From: Utricularia gibba
Taxonomy: Eukaryota; Plantae; Magnoliophyta
Assembly (NCBI GenBank): GCA_002189035.1
Contig: NEEC01000015.1
Coordinates: 744,001-808,000 of the forward strand
Length of the DNA: 64,000 bases
Direction: 5' to 3'
The notes under the pieces are model-generated. The model was not told where the DNA came from, searched no databases, and worked only from the letters and a program-made list of their open reading frames with translations. Below are positions 13,813 through 26,802 of this stretch, in pieces (position 1 is the stretch's first letter; each line of letters begins with the position of its first letter). The position numbers were made by a program, and so were the translations under genes.

Positions 13813-15142
13813 TCATGGCCTACCCTTGGAAGAGGATGACGCCCTTTTGATGCTTCCCTCTGAGTAAAGAGGATTTGAGAATAATCCAGAGTGGCTCCTA
13901 GGAACCACCACTTGCTTCTCGACGCTTGCCCTTGAGAGGTTGAGGATGAGTTTACATGGCTCCTTCAGTCTCTGGCTGAGAGAAAGGTGCTGATGTTCCT
14001 CTTTGGGGTATTTCAGCAAACGCTTCTTCATCACCTGATCATCATCCTGCGACGTGTGGCTGAGCTTTCTGGTGAGTATGGCTCCGATGGAAACCGCCCG
14101 GCTCTCCTTTTTCAACTCCGAACCGGTGTTCTGTCGACGCCCAGACCGGGAATTCCTGTATTGCTTGTGTTTATTGGGTTGGTGGTTTTCAGCTCGTGGA
14201 CCATTCTCCCCATGTGTCCTTCTGCGATAGTAAATGCCCCTGTCTGGCTCTTGCAACCCTGGTTTTGCCTCGTGGCCTTTCACATATCCATTCCCATGAA
14301 CTTCTTGAGTTCGCCCAATGATGGTTTTGTCAATGAACTTGATTACCCCATCCGGGTTCTGAAGTGGGTCACTTGTGTTGTCAGGGGCGAACGCACATTT
14401 TCTCTCCGCTACAGCTATGGCTTCAACAGCTTTTGCGGCTTCTTCCATCTTCTTAGCTGCATTCAGTCTCATCTCTGCTATAATGATGCTGTTTTTGGTC
14501 CTTTCGATCTCTCTAATCGCCTTGCTCACTTCATATCTGGAAGCATCTTTCATCTTCTTCAACTGCTCTGAATCCACATTCGTAACCACCAGTTCTCTGT
14601 CTTCCACTTGCTGCTGCTGCTGCTGAAGCTCATCTATTCTCATTTTCTTGTTCAGCGATTCTAATGACGATTGAATTATCGAAAGAGCAAGTGAAGCCCT
14701 ATTGAAACTGGACTGCGTACGCATCAGTTCTGCAAGCATGGCTCCAGTGCAAAATGCAGGATGATGATCCACCAGAGAAGATGATGAGGCCGCCATGAAA
14801 TCAGCTTTCAATCCTTGAACAAATTTCTTTGTTGCCTCAAGTTGGTTCAAGACATTCATTGTCTCCTGTTCTTTTCTTACGAGATCTCTCTCCAACTGCT
14901 CCACTTGCTCCAGCATTTTCCCCACATCAAAGCTCTCCCTTTCGCGCTGCAAAAATGTTTCTCTCAATGCAGAAAAACCAGAGAAATGCAGTAGCATGAA
15001 AGAAAAAACTCACATGCCGTAAATGCATCATGTTGCTGCCTAATTGATCCATGGGCTTCTCTGATACAATTTCCAGTCCATAATCCAGCAGTGTCTTGGT
15101 TTCTGTAACTGTTGAGAAAGAATCCGTAGGTTCATCAGCCAT
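13813..15142 (-). CDS. WEB-family (DUF827) coiled-coil protein, 2 exons (15142-15014, 14946-13813)
   Basis: LERDLVRKEQETMNVLNQLEATK, IQSSLESLNKKM, AEMRLNAAKKMEEAAKAVEAIA and VSIGAILTRKL resemble At2g40480-type proteins. GT-AG intron at 15013-14947. Confidence 0.75.
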
Positions 15143-17869
15143 GAAAGGCTATGCTGATCTCAAAGCTTGCACAGGTGAAAGATGGGATTCCGAAAACAGA
15201 ATGTGGGATGATGATATAGTAACAAAGATAAGAAATCAGACTCATAGGGACCCTAGGGACTGGACCAAAGTGAAAGGCACACTATAGAGTATCCTCCTAG
15301 CATCAGAATCAAAACAATAAATAATAACAGTAAACAAATGTCAAGCAAATGAGATGGAATCTGCTCAACGGTTAGTTGAAGTAGCAATCAGTCTGCTGGA
15401 GAAGGAAAAGGAGACTCGCGGAACCCAGAGACATTGAGATCTTGCAATCAAACCAACCCCTTATACCGTAACATGCAAAGGGTCCCCCCTCATTTATTTT
15501 AGTCCCCATCGCAGGTTGGCATACAGACCATGGTAAATTTTAAACCCAAAGATACGGAGAAGAAGTTATTCAAGAAAAAGCAAATTGAGACAGTGAATCT
15601 TTTGCATTTTTACCACGTTGGGGAATATCATATCACCTCAAAAAAGCCATGCTGCAATGCTCTAGGTGTTGAAACACACCAGAGTCCATTATTCGTCTCA
15701 AGAGAGCTGCAATGTACATGCGTAGATGGTAATGTACCGGCCATGGAGCTAGACAGAGTATCAGTTGAAAACCGTATAGTTGAATCACAGTTGAATCCCC
15801 ATGGACTTGGAATAGAAGGCCAATCTGGTCCCTATTTCATAAAGAGTGAGATATTTGAATGAAAAGTACCAACGAACTCAGCCACATTCTGATCTTTAAT
15901 CTTCGTTCAAATATGCACTGTTTCTGCTGTTGAACAAAATCTCAAGGCAATCAATGGTGCTTTCCATTTTGGCGTAACTCTTCTGCAAAAGTTACCACTA
16001 TGTTCATAGTATCACACAAGAAAATCAAAAGGTTGGATGTTTAAGACTCCGTTGCTTGTAGTGTTTTTTGCTTGAACTTCCATCATTCACTAAAAAAACT
16101 GGTAAATAAATCAGAAAGCACTTGCAGTTTGCAGACACCATGTGCATCACCAGCTACCAGTATATAATGAAAACAAATCCAAGTTGGAATACCACATTCA
16201 TGTGAGATGCACACAATAAAAACCAACACTTTCGAATGTATTATCTTATTCGTACCTCTCCTTGATTATCGAGAAAAAACTAGAAAAACACCAAATAAAC
16301 GACAGAAAGCACTCCTACACCCACAGTTCTTGAAGTACATAGAGCATGCTGGCTTTTGAACTTGTAGAATTTTATGGAAGATTTAATTGCAGATCAACTT
16401 CATCATTCATGAAGGACAAGAAGCATTAAATGAATATAAACACAAATCAAGACTAGTTGCAAACGAACAGGGGACATTACGGTGGCTTATGCTATAAGAA
16501 TGTTGGTGCTATTTCTGAAAGATAAACTAGAAGCCAATGGAATATTAGTAAATGTGAGAGCTACTTGCGGAGGAAAAAAAAGGAATATGGCACCACACAT
16601 TGGCTCATGAGAATATTTTGAAACTGGACCAACATTTATGAACACTAACTCTGAGACATCTGTAAAAGAATTATTCAACTACACTTGAATTCTTGGTCCT
16701 CATCACAGTGCGACCATTTCAAGATCCAATGGCGCCGTTCCTCTTCTTCCTATAATAATTGCTTTTCTTGCAGATCTGGGCCATGCATAAACTCCTAGGA
16801 ATTCGAAAAGAATTTAAAGGGAAGCACAAGTAACGAGAGAAAAAACGGTTCTTTTCAAGAGCAATCAAGAACAGCCCAAGTAATAGCCAAAGCATTGAAT
16901 GAAGATCAGAAATAACTCCAGACCATCCGGTGCCCCGCATGCTGATCGATCAAAGCGGCTCATCCGATATGGTAACGCGTGGAGCCGCAGAAGGGAGTAA
17001 ACAATGGAAGTATGGGAGCACAAACAATTAAGTTATCAGATGAATGATACAGAAGCGGTTGCCTGAAATTATTAGTCACATCTGGCGAGACTTTCCGCAT
17101 ATCCATGTCATCAAAATCATGTCTAATCAACCTCGATTCCAGCACCCGACCTTGGACTCGATCTGAGACATAGGCAACGAAAAATATACACAATCCTGAC
17201 CGGCCACCAAATATCCCAAGATTATTGCCCACTGTACACCCTCCATAAGAACATGCACTGAAACGCCTAAATACTGAACGAAGAGAAATGAAGAAACAAT
17301 GTAGATGACACTCATTTCATAAATCAGAACACAACTTCCATTATCGGGAACGACGACGGCCGTCTCGTAGATTCAAATTATTCATCATCACATCTGGCAA
17401 GGGGTTTCCACATTGCATTGCATCCTCTCAACAAATCCAGGTCTAATCAACCTAGATTCCAGGATCGGATCCTCAACTCGATCCCAGACTCACGCTTAGT
17501 TCCAAGTTACCTCCATATTCGCAACAAATGTAGGTCTAGTTTGGTAGCCAGCCGTACTTAAGTAGTGTTTAAATGTATTTGTTATTAAATAAAAGCATAT
17601 AATAATAATATGTGATATAGGAACATGTGTTTGGTGGAAAGGTATTTTTGTTTAACAAAAAACATGTGTTAAAATTTTATAAATAAATAACATAAAATAT
17701 CAATTTGATTTACAAATCTTGAATTTTTTTTATTTTTAATTTGAAGCACCACAAAGATAGATTTGTAGTAAGTAATCTTTTTATTTTTAATTTCAAGCAC
17801 TGGAAAAATGTAGATATATGGTATCTTGAATTTTGAAATTTTTTCTCCCTAGCATTTCTTCTAAAAACT

Positions 17870-18990
17870 ATGGATTTTATTCTATAAATCAGTTAGCAAA
17901 CACGAAACACCTATGTTGAATATAAATCTAATTCAAGTTAGATCAACTCGGCCCACTTTAAGGCCCACTGTGCCAAACGAAAATCGAAATGCAAAGGCCC
18001 AACTCACACTACGTCTTAACAAATGGGCCACATCAGGTGAGAGCCCATATTTCAACGCCAGGCGGCAGCCCATGCGCAACTTGGTCGTGAGGAATTATGT
18101 AAGAATTAAGACGAAATATTATTTTAACAATTATATTTGCGTTTGACTCTTGTACATATAAAATATTATAAGTGTTTTTCATATATTAATTATTACATGT
18201 ATAATTTATGAAGTATATTTAAAAATGAAAACAAAGCGAAGTAAAAATTCAAACGGGTATTTATGAGTATATGCTATTTTTCGATGATTTAGAAAATCTG
18301 ATTATTTGTATTTTCGCTCTCACACATTAATACAAAAAAATTGTACTAAAATCATCATTTTCTCACATATATTTAACAGATGGTCAGATTTATAAATTAC
18401 TCATTCTTTTATTATTATATTCTTTCTCATATATTATATCAATAATTATTATTTTTGTCTTTTGCTTTTAGTATTTATATTTAGCAATCTTGTATTCTCT
18501 CAATTATTTGTCATTAATTAAAATTAAAAGAAAATCAATTTACCAAATTCTGATAATAATATTATCGAAAGCAACATTCATCCACTTATTTAAGCGACTT
18601 GACTCAAAGAATGATTAAAATTACCAATGCTCCAAAGCATATTGGAACTAATCGAATTACTCTGTTCCTCTTGTAGTAGCAATACAAGTGTAGATTATTC
18701 TCAAGTCCTTTGGACTCGGATGGAAGCATCAAAAAGGCATCATCATCCTCTTCTTAGGATGGATGATGGTCGACCTTCACATCATCTACAATTAGTTTAT
18801 CAAATTCGATATTATTATGACGAAATAATTTCAATTATCTCAATTTTTTTCAGGTATCCAGGAAACATTATTTGAGAATTGTTGTATATATTGTGCTTGT
18901 TGGGCTCTTGTTGGTCTTTATGAGGTGCTGGTGGTAGCTGTTTCAACATAATATTTTGTCTGAGCAATCCTCACAAATATTTTCAAAAAA
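17870..18990. repeat. Cassette copy A (3'-flank module) with a minus-strand SINA-RING exon-2 remnant at ~18900-18985
   Basis: Direct repeat of ~21420-22400, roughly 80% by eye (e.g. ggcccaactcacacta...gagcccatatttcaacgc; ataataatattatcgaaag..cattcatcc.cttatttaag). The minus strand reads ICEDCSDKILC* followed by cagcacctcata, as in other copies. Confidence 0.75.
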
Positions 18991-19883
18991 GAATTTTCTT
19001 AAATGCAAAACAAAACAAAATTATAGTACCGAAATTATTGGAGCCCTATGGGGCAATTGAACACCTCCATATTCACCCATTTGTATTCAGTCATTTTTAT
19101 GATGTAAGTTTTTTATTTCATCATCCATCTTCTTATATAGCGTTGGAGGAGCAGAATCTATGTGTTTTTAATGTTATGGATAAATATTATATTTTAGATT
19201 TATATTTTATGATAATATTTGTGTAGAATTTTGGTATTCTAAAAAAAATCATTAAAGTTCATGGTCCAAGTCCCAAAATGAGTGAAACCCATTTTCCAAA
19301 TATAGATCTTACGTAATTTGTATCTCTTTTGTGTGTGTGTGTTTTTTTTTTTTGTTAAATTCCCTTCTTTGGGGTGAGGAAGATTAAAATTCAAATATGG
19401 GATATCTAGGGATGAAAACTAAGCCCAAGTTCATGGGCCGGTCCGAGCCGGTTCTAGGAAGTATTGGGCTTAGACCTGATCCAAATTTCATTGGGCTTTT
19501 GGCCGAGACCGGCCCAAATTCCATCCATAGTGATATCATTCCGTACCCATCCCTTCACTGCCTTCCTTGCCCTTGAATATTCAAAATTGATATTGCAATA
19601 TTTTTCTAAATTTTTGTGCTATGTGGCAGTAAATTTTGTAATGTACACAATATTGATATTCATTTTTCAAAAATTGTTAGCACATCATAGTGAATTTTGT
19701 AATATGCCTGTTTAAAGTGTAATTACATGAATTTTTATAGAATTATTATCATATGACGGTGCATTTTGTATGTGCTGGAATTAAAGTGTAGCGTTGTTTG
19801 CAAATCACACCTTTTGGTAGTATAGATTTTGCTCCTCCACCACTATATAAGTTGGTGATGAAATCAAAACTTACATATTAAAA

Positions 19884-20168
19884 ATGCCCGAATACAAGTG
19901 GGTGAATATGGATGTCTTCAGCTGCCCTATCTGCCGAAGTGGCCCAATGAGGGCTCCTATCTTTACGGTAGTATTCTTTTTTTTTTTTTTTTTTGAAAAA
20001 TTCTTATTAAAAAACATGGATACTCATGCCCAGTGCAGCGAAGGCCACGTCGTCTGCAACGTGTGCGCATCAAAACTACATCGAAGACCACATCAAATCC
20101 AATTTCGGGTCAGGCTGGCCCATGCCACCTCCCGGATGCCACGTCAGATGAAACGAATGTTCAGTTAA
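19884..20168 (+). CDS. SINA-type RING micro-gene with truncated RING (72 aa; exons 19884-19967, 20034-20168)
   Basis: MPEYKWVNMDVFSCPICRSGPMRAPIFT|CSEGHVVCNVCASKL; the last CxxC pair is absent. Family TATA module at 19844-19850. Confidence 0.65.
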   Translation: MPEYKWVNMDVFSCPICRSGPMRAPIFTVVFFFFFFFEKFLLKNMDTHAQCSEGHVVCNVCASKLHRRPHQIQFRVRLAHATSRMPRQMKRMFS

Positions 20169-21289
20169 ATGCAAAGGCCCAGCCCGGTTCATAGAGATCG
20201 TAACAAATGGGCCAGGCCGTACGCACACCCAAATTCCAAAGCCAGATCCAATTCCATATTGCAGTCAACCAATAGGGATGAAAGTTGGGTCCTTACTCGC
20301 CACTTTGACCCTAATTCAAAAGACTTTCGCCAAGTTTCGGGTTTGGATCCGGCTGAAACCGAATTATATATAATAATGATTAATATGTTCTTAATTTGAT
20401 TATACAATGAGTTGGACTGGCCCAACGACATAAATTAATAAAACATTTTATAAAATTATTAAAACTAATATACAAATTAATATTATTTAAATAATTTATA
20501 GAAACTAATTTAACATTATTATATGATTCATTAATACGGTGCAAAACACTAACCAAATTTGGCCACACAAATCATTAGTGTTTCACGTATCTTAATTATT
20601 ACATGATATTACATGTATTATTTCACCTATATATTTAAATTCTTAAATAAAGAAGAGTAAAATTGCAAACAAGGGAATGCATCATTACTACGACACAATA
20701 TCTCTTATGTTACTTTCATCACAAATTAAATAGTTGGAGTTTGACGATGACATCTCAAGTTATAATCAACATAAAAAATTTAATTTTCAAGTTTCAAAAT
20801 TGCATTACACTTACTTTAACTCTTTTTTTTTTCAAACAGTTTGTCCATGAACATATAAAATTACGTATTTGACCTTCCATATTTCCAAAAGTTTGACCTC
20901 TAATATTATTATAACGGTATATCATTATAAATAATATCTACAAATATCATGATTATTACCCTTATGCTTTTACTCTTGTCAAACTTAAAAAATGACAATA
21001 CGCGAATGTGATATAATCCTAACAATGGATTTTTATTTGTCGAATTTCATATGTGAAAAACCTTATTATGAATTTTTTTAGATGTAAATCAAAAGGGGCT
21101 CATGCTTGGGTATTCTCTGAATTATTTTGAAAAATTAAAGTGTGTTTTTCGAAATTGTGAAACTTGGGGATTCCAATATTTATATTGATTGAAATTTAAA
21201 GTGTTGCTTTTGCACTTTTCACTAAATTTAAAATAAAGAAGATTATATGCTTTTGCTTATGTTATATGCATGACTCTATAACAGTGAAA

Positions 21290-22400
21290 TCCCAAATTGC
21301 AATGCTAGATCCAGTTCCAACTCGGCCCAGCTCATGCCCAACTCAATCGTGAGATGAAAATCATAGTACCAAATACTATTGTAACCATTCTAGAATTTAT
21401 GCAACACAATAACGCCATCCTTTAAATCAGTTAATAAACACGGAACACCTTAGTCGAATACAAATCCAATTCAAGTTTGATCAACCCAGCCCAATTTAAA
21501 CTCTATAACACGTTGCCCCTGCTTTGTATCAAATGAGACCCAAATACAATGGCCCAACTCACACTATACATCTTAAAAATGGGCTAACTCAGTTGCGAGC
21601 CCATATTTCAACGCAAGATCCAGTTCCAACTCGGCCCAGCTCATGCCCAACTCAGTCGTGAGGAATTACATAAGACCAAATATTATTTTAACGATTTTAT
21701 TTTCGTTTGACTGCTTTACATATAAAATATTATAAGTATTTCTCATATGTTAATTATTACATGTATAATTTATGAAATATATTTAAAAATTTAAAACAAA
21801 GCAGAGTAAAAATTCCAACGAGTATTTTATGATTACACATTATTTTTTCGGTGTTTTAGAAATATGATTATTTGGATTTTATTTCTCACACATGAATAAA
21901 AAAAAATTACATTAAATGTCCAATTTTCGCACACATATTATAGTTGGTCAGATTTATAAACATCTCATTCTTTTAATATTATATTTGTAATTCTTTTTTT
22001 TTTTTGTACTTTTGCTTCTGGTAGTTATATTTCGCAATCATATATTCTCTCAAGTATATTTCATTAATTAAAATTAAAAAAAAATCAATTTACAAACTTC
22101 TAATAATAATATTATCGAAAGAAACATTCATCCGCTTATTTAAGGGACTTGAGTGATAGGATGATTAAAATCACTCATGTTCCAAAGCACATTGGAACTA
22201 ATTGAATTACTTTGTTACTCTTGTAGTAGCAATGCAACGTCCTTTGGACCCAGAGGGAAGCAGAAAAATGCATCATCTATAATCAATTTATATTGATATT
22301 ATTATGATGAATTAATTTCAATTATCTCAATTTATGTGAGAAATGAATTTTCAGGTATATTATTATTATGCAATCCTGGAACAATCAATGTTATGGATAA
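21290..22400. repeat. Cassette copy B (3'-flank module)
   Basis: Homologous to 17870-18900 and to 23330-24000; gatccagttccaactcggcccagctcatgcccaactca occurs twice within it. Confidence 0.75.
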
Positions 22401-22469
22401 ATATTCATAGTTTACGGTTTCAGTCACATGCTCCAGGTTCCGGGTCGCACCAGAGTCGTGTCGACAAAG

Positions 22470-22855
22470 TGGGCACCTCAGAAATTTGTGTGAGCATACA
22501 ACGTGTCCTTCGTACACTGGGCACGAGTATCCATATTTTTAAATAAGAATTGGTGTTTAATACAAAACAAAACAAAAATATAGTAGCGAAATTAATTCTT
22601 GTACTTCTTGTGAGGCCCTGGCAGCAGCATAGGGGACAGTTGAATACCTTTGTATCGCAACAGAGATTGATGAATACAGAGGTGTTCAACTGCCCTATTT
22701 GCTGCTGCCAGGGCCTTACAAGAAGTACAAGAATTGATTTCGCAACTGTATAGTTTATTTTGGGTTTAACAAAATTCTTATTTAAAAATACGGATACTTG
22801 TGTCCACTGTACGGAGGATCACGTTGTCTGTACACAAAAATTATTGAGATGCCAA
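22470..22855. pseudogene. Head-to-head pair of SINA-RING pseudogenes forming a tight inverted repeat
   Basis: The minus copy reads KVFNCPLCCCQG..; its exon 2 has a frameshift (CT-EGHVVCSHKFLRCPLC). The plus copy reads MNTEVFNCPICCCQG..; its acceptor is mutated to CAC. Loop ~26 nt. Confidence 0.8.
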
Positions 22856-22894
22856 CACAAATTAAATTAGATTAATATCTGTTGTTTATTCAAA

Positions 22895-23310
22895 AAAATG
22901 AATGCTACATATTATATATATCTTTATCACCTCCCCCACTCTCTCTCTTACTTTTATCAAATATTGATAAAAATATATTAATTAAATAATATGTAAAAAA
23001 GTAATACCTTCATATCAAGTTCAAATAAATTAAATTTATTTTATCATAATCTCATTAGCTAAAAACTCTTGGAACTTAAATATGTATTGTAAGTGTGGGA
23101 TTGGCCAGGCCAGCCTGACCTGAAATTGGATTTGAATCCAAGAGTTTTTAGTTAATGACATTGAACTTAAATAAAATTAATGTGAAGGTATTAATTGTTT
23201 ACGTATTCTTTAATTAATAGAATTTTTATCAATATTTGATGAAGTAAGAGAGAGAGATAGAGAGAGTAGGGGAGATGATAAAAATATATATAATATTTAG
23301 TATTCAATTT
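22895..23310. mobile_element. Fold-back MITE-like element with long TIRs
   Basis: ttatcacctccccactctctctcttacttttatcaaatattgataaaa pairs with ttttatcaatatttgatgaagtaagagagagag..gtaggggagatgataa, and gctaaaaactcttgga pairs with tccaagagtttttagt. No coding capacity. Confidence 0.65.
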
Positions 23311-24035
23311 TGTAATAAAAGACCAGTTGGGCTTTAAACTCTACAACGCCATCCCCCTGGACTGTGCCCAATGAAAATAATCCCCGTTATATATGAAGAC
23401 CGGACTCAACACATAAGCATCTTGACAAACGGGGCGGGTCAGTGCAAACCCAAATTGCAGCGCCAGATCCAGTTAACTCGGCCCAGCCCATGCCCGAGTT
23501 CGACTGTTGCACAAATAAAATACCTTTAGAATTTATGCAAAATAATTACATCCATAATGCTGATATATTATAAATATTTTTCATATATTAATTAATTATG
23601 AAATATATTTACGGATTTATAAAAAATAAAAATAAAAAGTCAACTGGATATTTACGATTAGCTATGCTTTTGCATTTAGTGATTACAATTCGTAACTCTA
23701 TATTCTTTCTATTACATATGTTTTTTGTCATTAATTGAAATTAAAAGAAAATCAATTACCAAATTTGATAATAATATTATTGAAAGAGATATTCATCCAT
23801 TTATTTAAATGAATTTGTTCCTCTTGTAAATTCACAATCCTTTTGTACTCGGTGGGCAGCACCAAGGGCATCATCATCGTTTCTACCATGGCATCATCTG
23901 CAGTCACTTTACAGAGTTTGATATTATTATGGTGAAGTAATTTCAATTATCTCAATTTATAATAGAAATGAATTTCCAGGTATATTATTATCATCATTTG
24001 AACATTATGAGTGTTAATCAGGTGAATACTTTTTG

Positions 24036-24276
24036 TGAGCACTGCATACAGACTACCCGTCCTTCGATACACGTCCACGAGTATAGATATTTCTCAATGA
24101 GAATCTTAATTAATACGAAACAAAATAAATGATACTTTTTACGGAAATGATGGTGGCCAACCATTTGTGTAATATATTTTTGTTTTGTATATAATAAATT
24201 CTCATATAAAAATATCAATACTTGTTGGGGTGTATCGTGGGACGCGTAGTATGTATGCAATGCTTGCTCACAAAAG
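24036..24276. pseudogene. Degenerate inverted pair of SINA-RING exon-2 remnants
   Basis: The minus strand reads CIEGRVVCMQCSQKVFT*; the plus strand at ~24228-24276, gtgtatcgtgggacgcgtagtatgtatgcaatgcttgctcacaaaagg, is its homolog. Confidence 0.65.
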
Positions 24277-25644
24277 GTAATTTAATTTTGTTTTGTATAT
24301 AATAAATTCTTATATAAAAATATTAATACATACTGTTTTTTGTTTAATATACAAACAAATTAAAATATTTAGTGTTATAAATGATCAAATGACAATGTAG
24401 TATTTGGGGTGTGAAAAATTGATTTAATGTGCAAGATAGAAAAATACGATTATCTGATATGTAAATGATTTGATTTATCTTAATTTTATTTTTTCATTTA
24501 AATAAATTGAATAGATTCTTTACATCAAATTAAATTGTTAATATTTTTACATATTATCTAAAAACTATTTTCATTAATTAATAAAATTCAGAATATGATA
24601 TTTGATTTTAATTAAATCTTTATCCTATCTACATATATATTATTTAGACTATCATATCTAAAATATGCCCCCAATATGGTTTTAGTTCAATAAATGTGAT
24701 ATATATTACTTATTCTAGAGTTTGTATTATCACAAAGAAAGTCCACTCTTGGCCTCCTGAATAACAATTCAATTCTATCCGATAACATTGAAAGAGATGA
24801 AGCCATGTTTGTATATGGGGTACAAAAAGGGGGTCATGGTCTGTGAGATCTGTTCGCTCAAATTATCAAGATCCCCAACCTAATTGTCTATCATTATTGA
24901 TACTAAGATCGGACGTGTATTGCCCATTATACCCTTTATTGCATCAAAACCCTAAGGCAATTTTATTTATTTAATCGAAGTAGAAGGATTTTTTTGTCTT
25001 ATTATTATAAACAGAGATTAATGTTACATTATCTTAGTGGGGTTCTTCTTCCAGTGTAGATTGAGGGCATAGTGGGCATCTTCTGTGTAAATTAATATCT
25101 TTATTCTAAATATATAAGTTTAGATAATTATTTTACTTTTTATAAATAGGTTCAACCCAAAACAAAATTGAATCAAACAACCAACTGAGCCGGTTTTAAA
25201 GACACCGCCGTAGGTCTACTTTAAAATTGCATAGAGTCGTTCCCCATAGCACACGCAAAGCCCACATTAATACCCATCTTAAAATTCAAATGCAGAATGG
25301 TATCTCCTAATATGTTAGATTTTTATAATCAACGAACAACTCTTTTTATTTACTGTCATAAAGTTGCACATATAAAATAAAGTATAAATTACATCAATAA
25401 TGTATATATATTATCATTGTTTGTAATGCATAATAATTATTATGCTGAATTAAAGTAAAATTACAAAGTACGTATTACAATTTTTTCTAGAATTATTAGC
25501 ACAACATTATGAGTTCTGTAATATGAATGATTAAATTGTAATGTTGTTCAAAAAGCATTAACTTTTCATAATATAGATTTTGCAACTCCAACACTATATA
25601 AGAAGCTAGGGTGATGCGAATTGCAATTAAACCTTGTATCATAA

Positions 25645-25875
25645 ATGGCGGAAAATGAAAGCTATATTATGACGGGAGAATTATTCAACTGCCCGATTTG
25701 ATGCGAGGGCCCCATGAGGGAGGCCATCTTCTCGTTAAGAGATTTATATTTTTTATTTAGCACAATTATGAACTAATAATTTTTATTTTGAAAGTGTGGC
25801 GAGAGCTACATACTATGTGATGCCTCCTCACTCTCGCAGTTAGACCTCAAAGTAATAATGTATGGATATTATTGA
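25645..25875 (+). pseudogene. SINA-RING micro-gene pseudogene with intact TATA promoter module
   Basis: MAENESYIMTGELFNCPI*CEGPMREAIFS, with TGA at 25699-25701 and the donor mutated to TT; exon 2 reads CGESYILCDASS.. TATATAA at 25595-25601. Confidence 0.8.
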
Positions 25876-25891
25876 AATCTTAGAGAACAAA

Positions 25892-26229
25892 ATCACGGAA
25901 TTCAAGACAACGGCAGTGATGAGGTGGCCCTAGGACAACAACATGGTACAATGGAAACCTATTTTAAAGTGATGCAGGGTAGAACTAACTTAGCTGGAGA
26001 GTATTCTGTAGGCTACGGAACACAACCACTTGGAAGGTCCAAGCATCCGAATCAATACCAGGTAAGGCGGCGTTTTGAGGACCTTCCAGGTGCTCGTATT
26101 CCGTACCCTACAGAATACTCTCCAGCTCAGTTTGTTCGACCTCACATAACTTCAAAATAGGTTTCCATTGTACTAGGTTGTTGTTGCTATGGCCACCTCA
26201 CCAGTGCCGTCGTCTTGAATTCCATGATT
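25892..26229 (+). ncRNA. Candidate hairpin RNA / MIRNA-like precursor (arms ~150 bp, loop 26041-26078)
   Basis: Imperfect inverted repeat with perfect 20- and 21-bp blocks (gtacaatggaaacctatttt/aaaataggtttccattgtac; agctggagagtattctgtagg/cctacagaatactctccagct). The repeat is directly visible; its expression is inferred only. Confidence 0.5.
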
Positions 26230-26231
26230 CT

Positions 26232-26802
26232 TGATGAGATCATGGATGCTACTGATTATTCCAATGAAGACAAAGGACACAAGATCAATAATTTTCCATT
26301 GATTTCAGTTGGGCCAATCAATAGATCAAGAGCAAGAAGGAATCAAGAAGTGCTTAAGACCTTATGGGCCAATCACCCAAGCTATGAGATTTTTGGGATG
26401 GAATTCAACATTATCAAAGTGGATCAACTTGATTAGAGAAGGCCTATTACGACCAAATACATTATTATGACTACTTTGCCTCCAATAAGGCCCAATCCTT
26501 CAACTATATAAGAAGGGCCTTACTCTTGTTTTGGACAACTTTAATTGTAATCACTTTTGAGAGCAAATTCTCCTTCCTTGAGTTCTTGTACAACTTAGAC
26601 TTATCAAGCCTTGCTTGTGGTGTCTAGTGTGTGGTTTATCACTCCCAATTTCTTCCTTAATTCTGTGAGTGTGGTACAATTTCATAGTTTGGGTTGCAAG
26701 GATCTTTCAATCCTTGAGGGCCAACTTCTTTTTCTTGACGGATTGTTTCTTTTCAACCAAGATCTGGTTTGCCAATCACTTGTTGATTGGAGGGTCGTAT
26801 CA
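26232..26802 (+). repeat. 5' LTR (571 bp)
   Basis: Starts TGATGAG, ends TATCA and is followed by GG plus the PBS. The first 409 bp match 32166-32574 with 8 substitutions counted by eye. Confidence 0.92.

Noticed and set aside
16719-16940. 73-aa hydrophobic ORF as a small membrane peptide
   Set aside because: The composition fits a TC-rich leader or intron; no family motif recognised.
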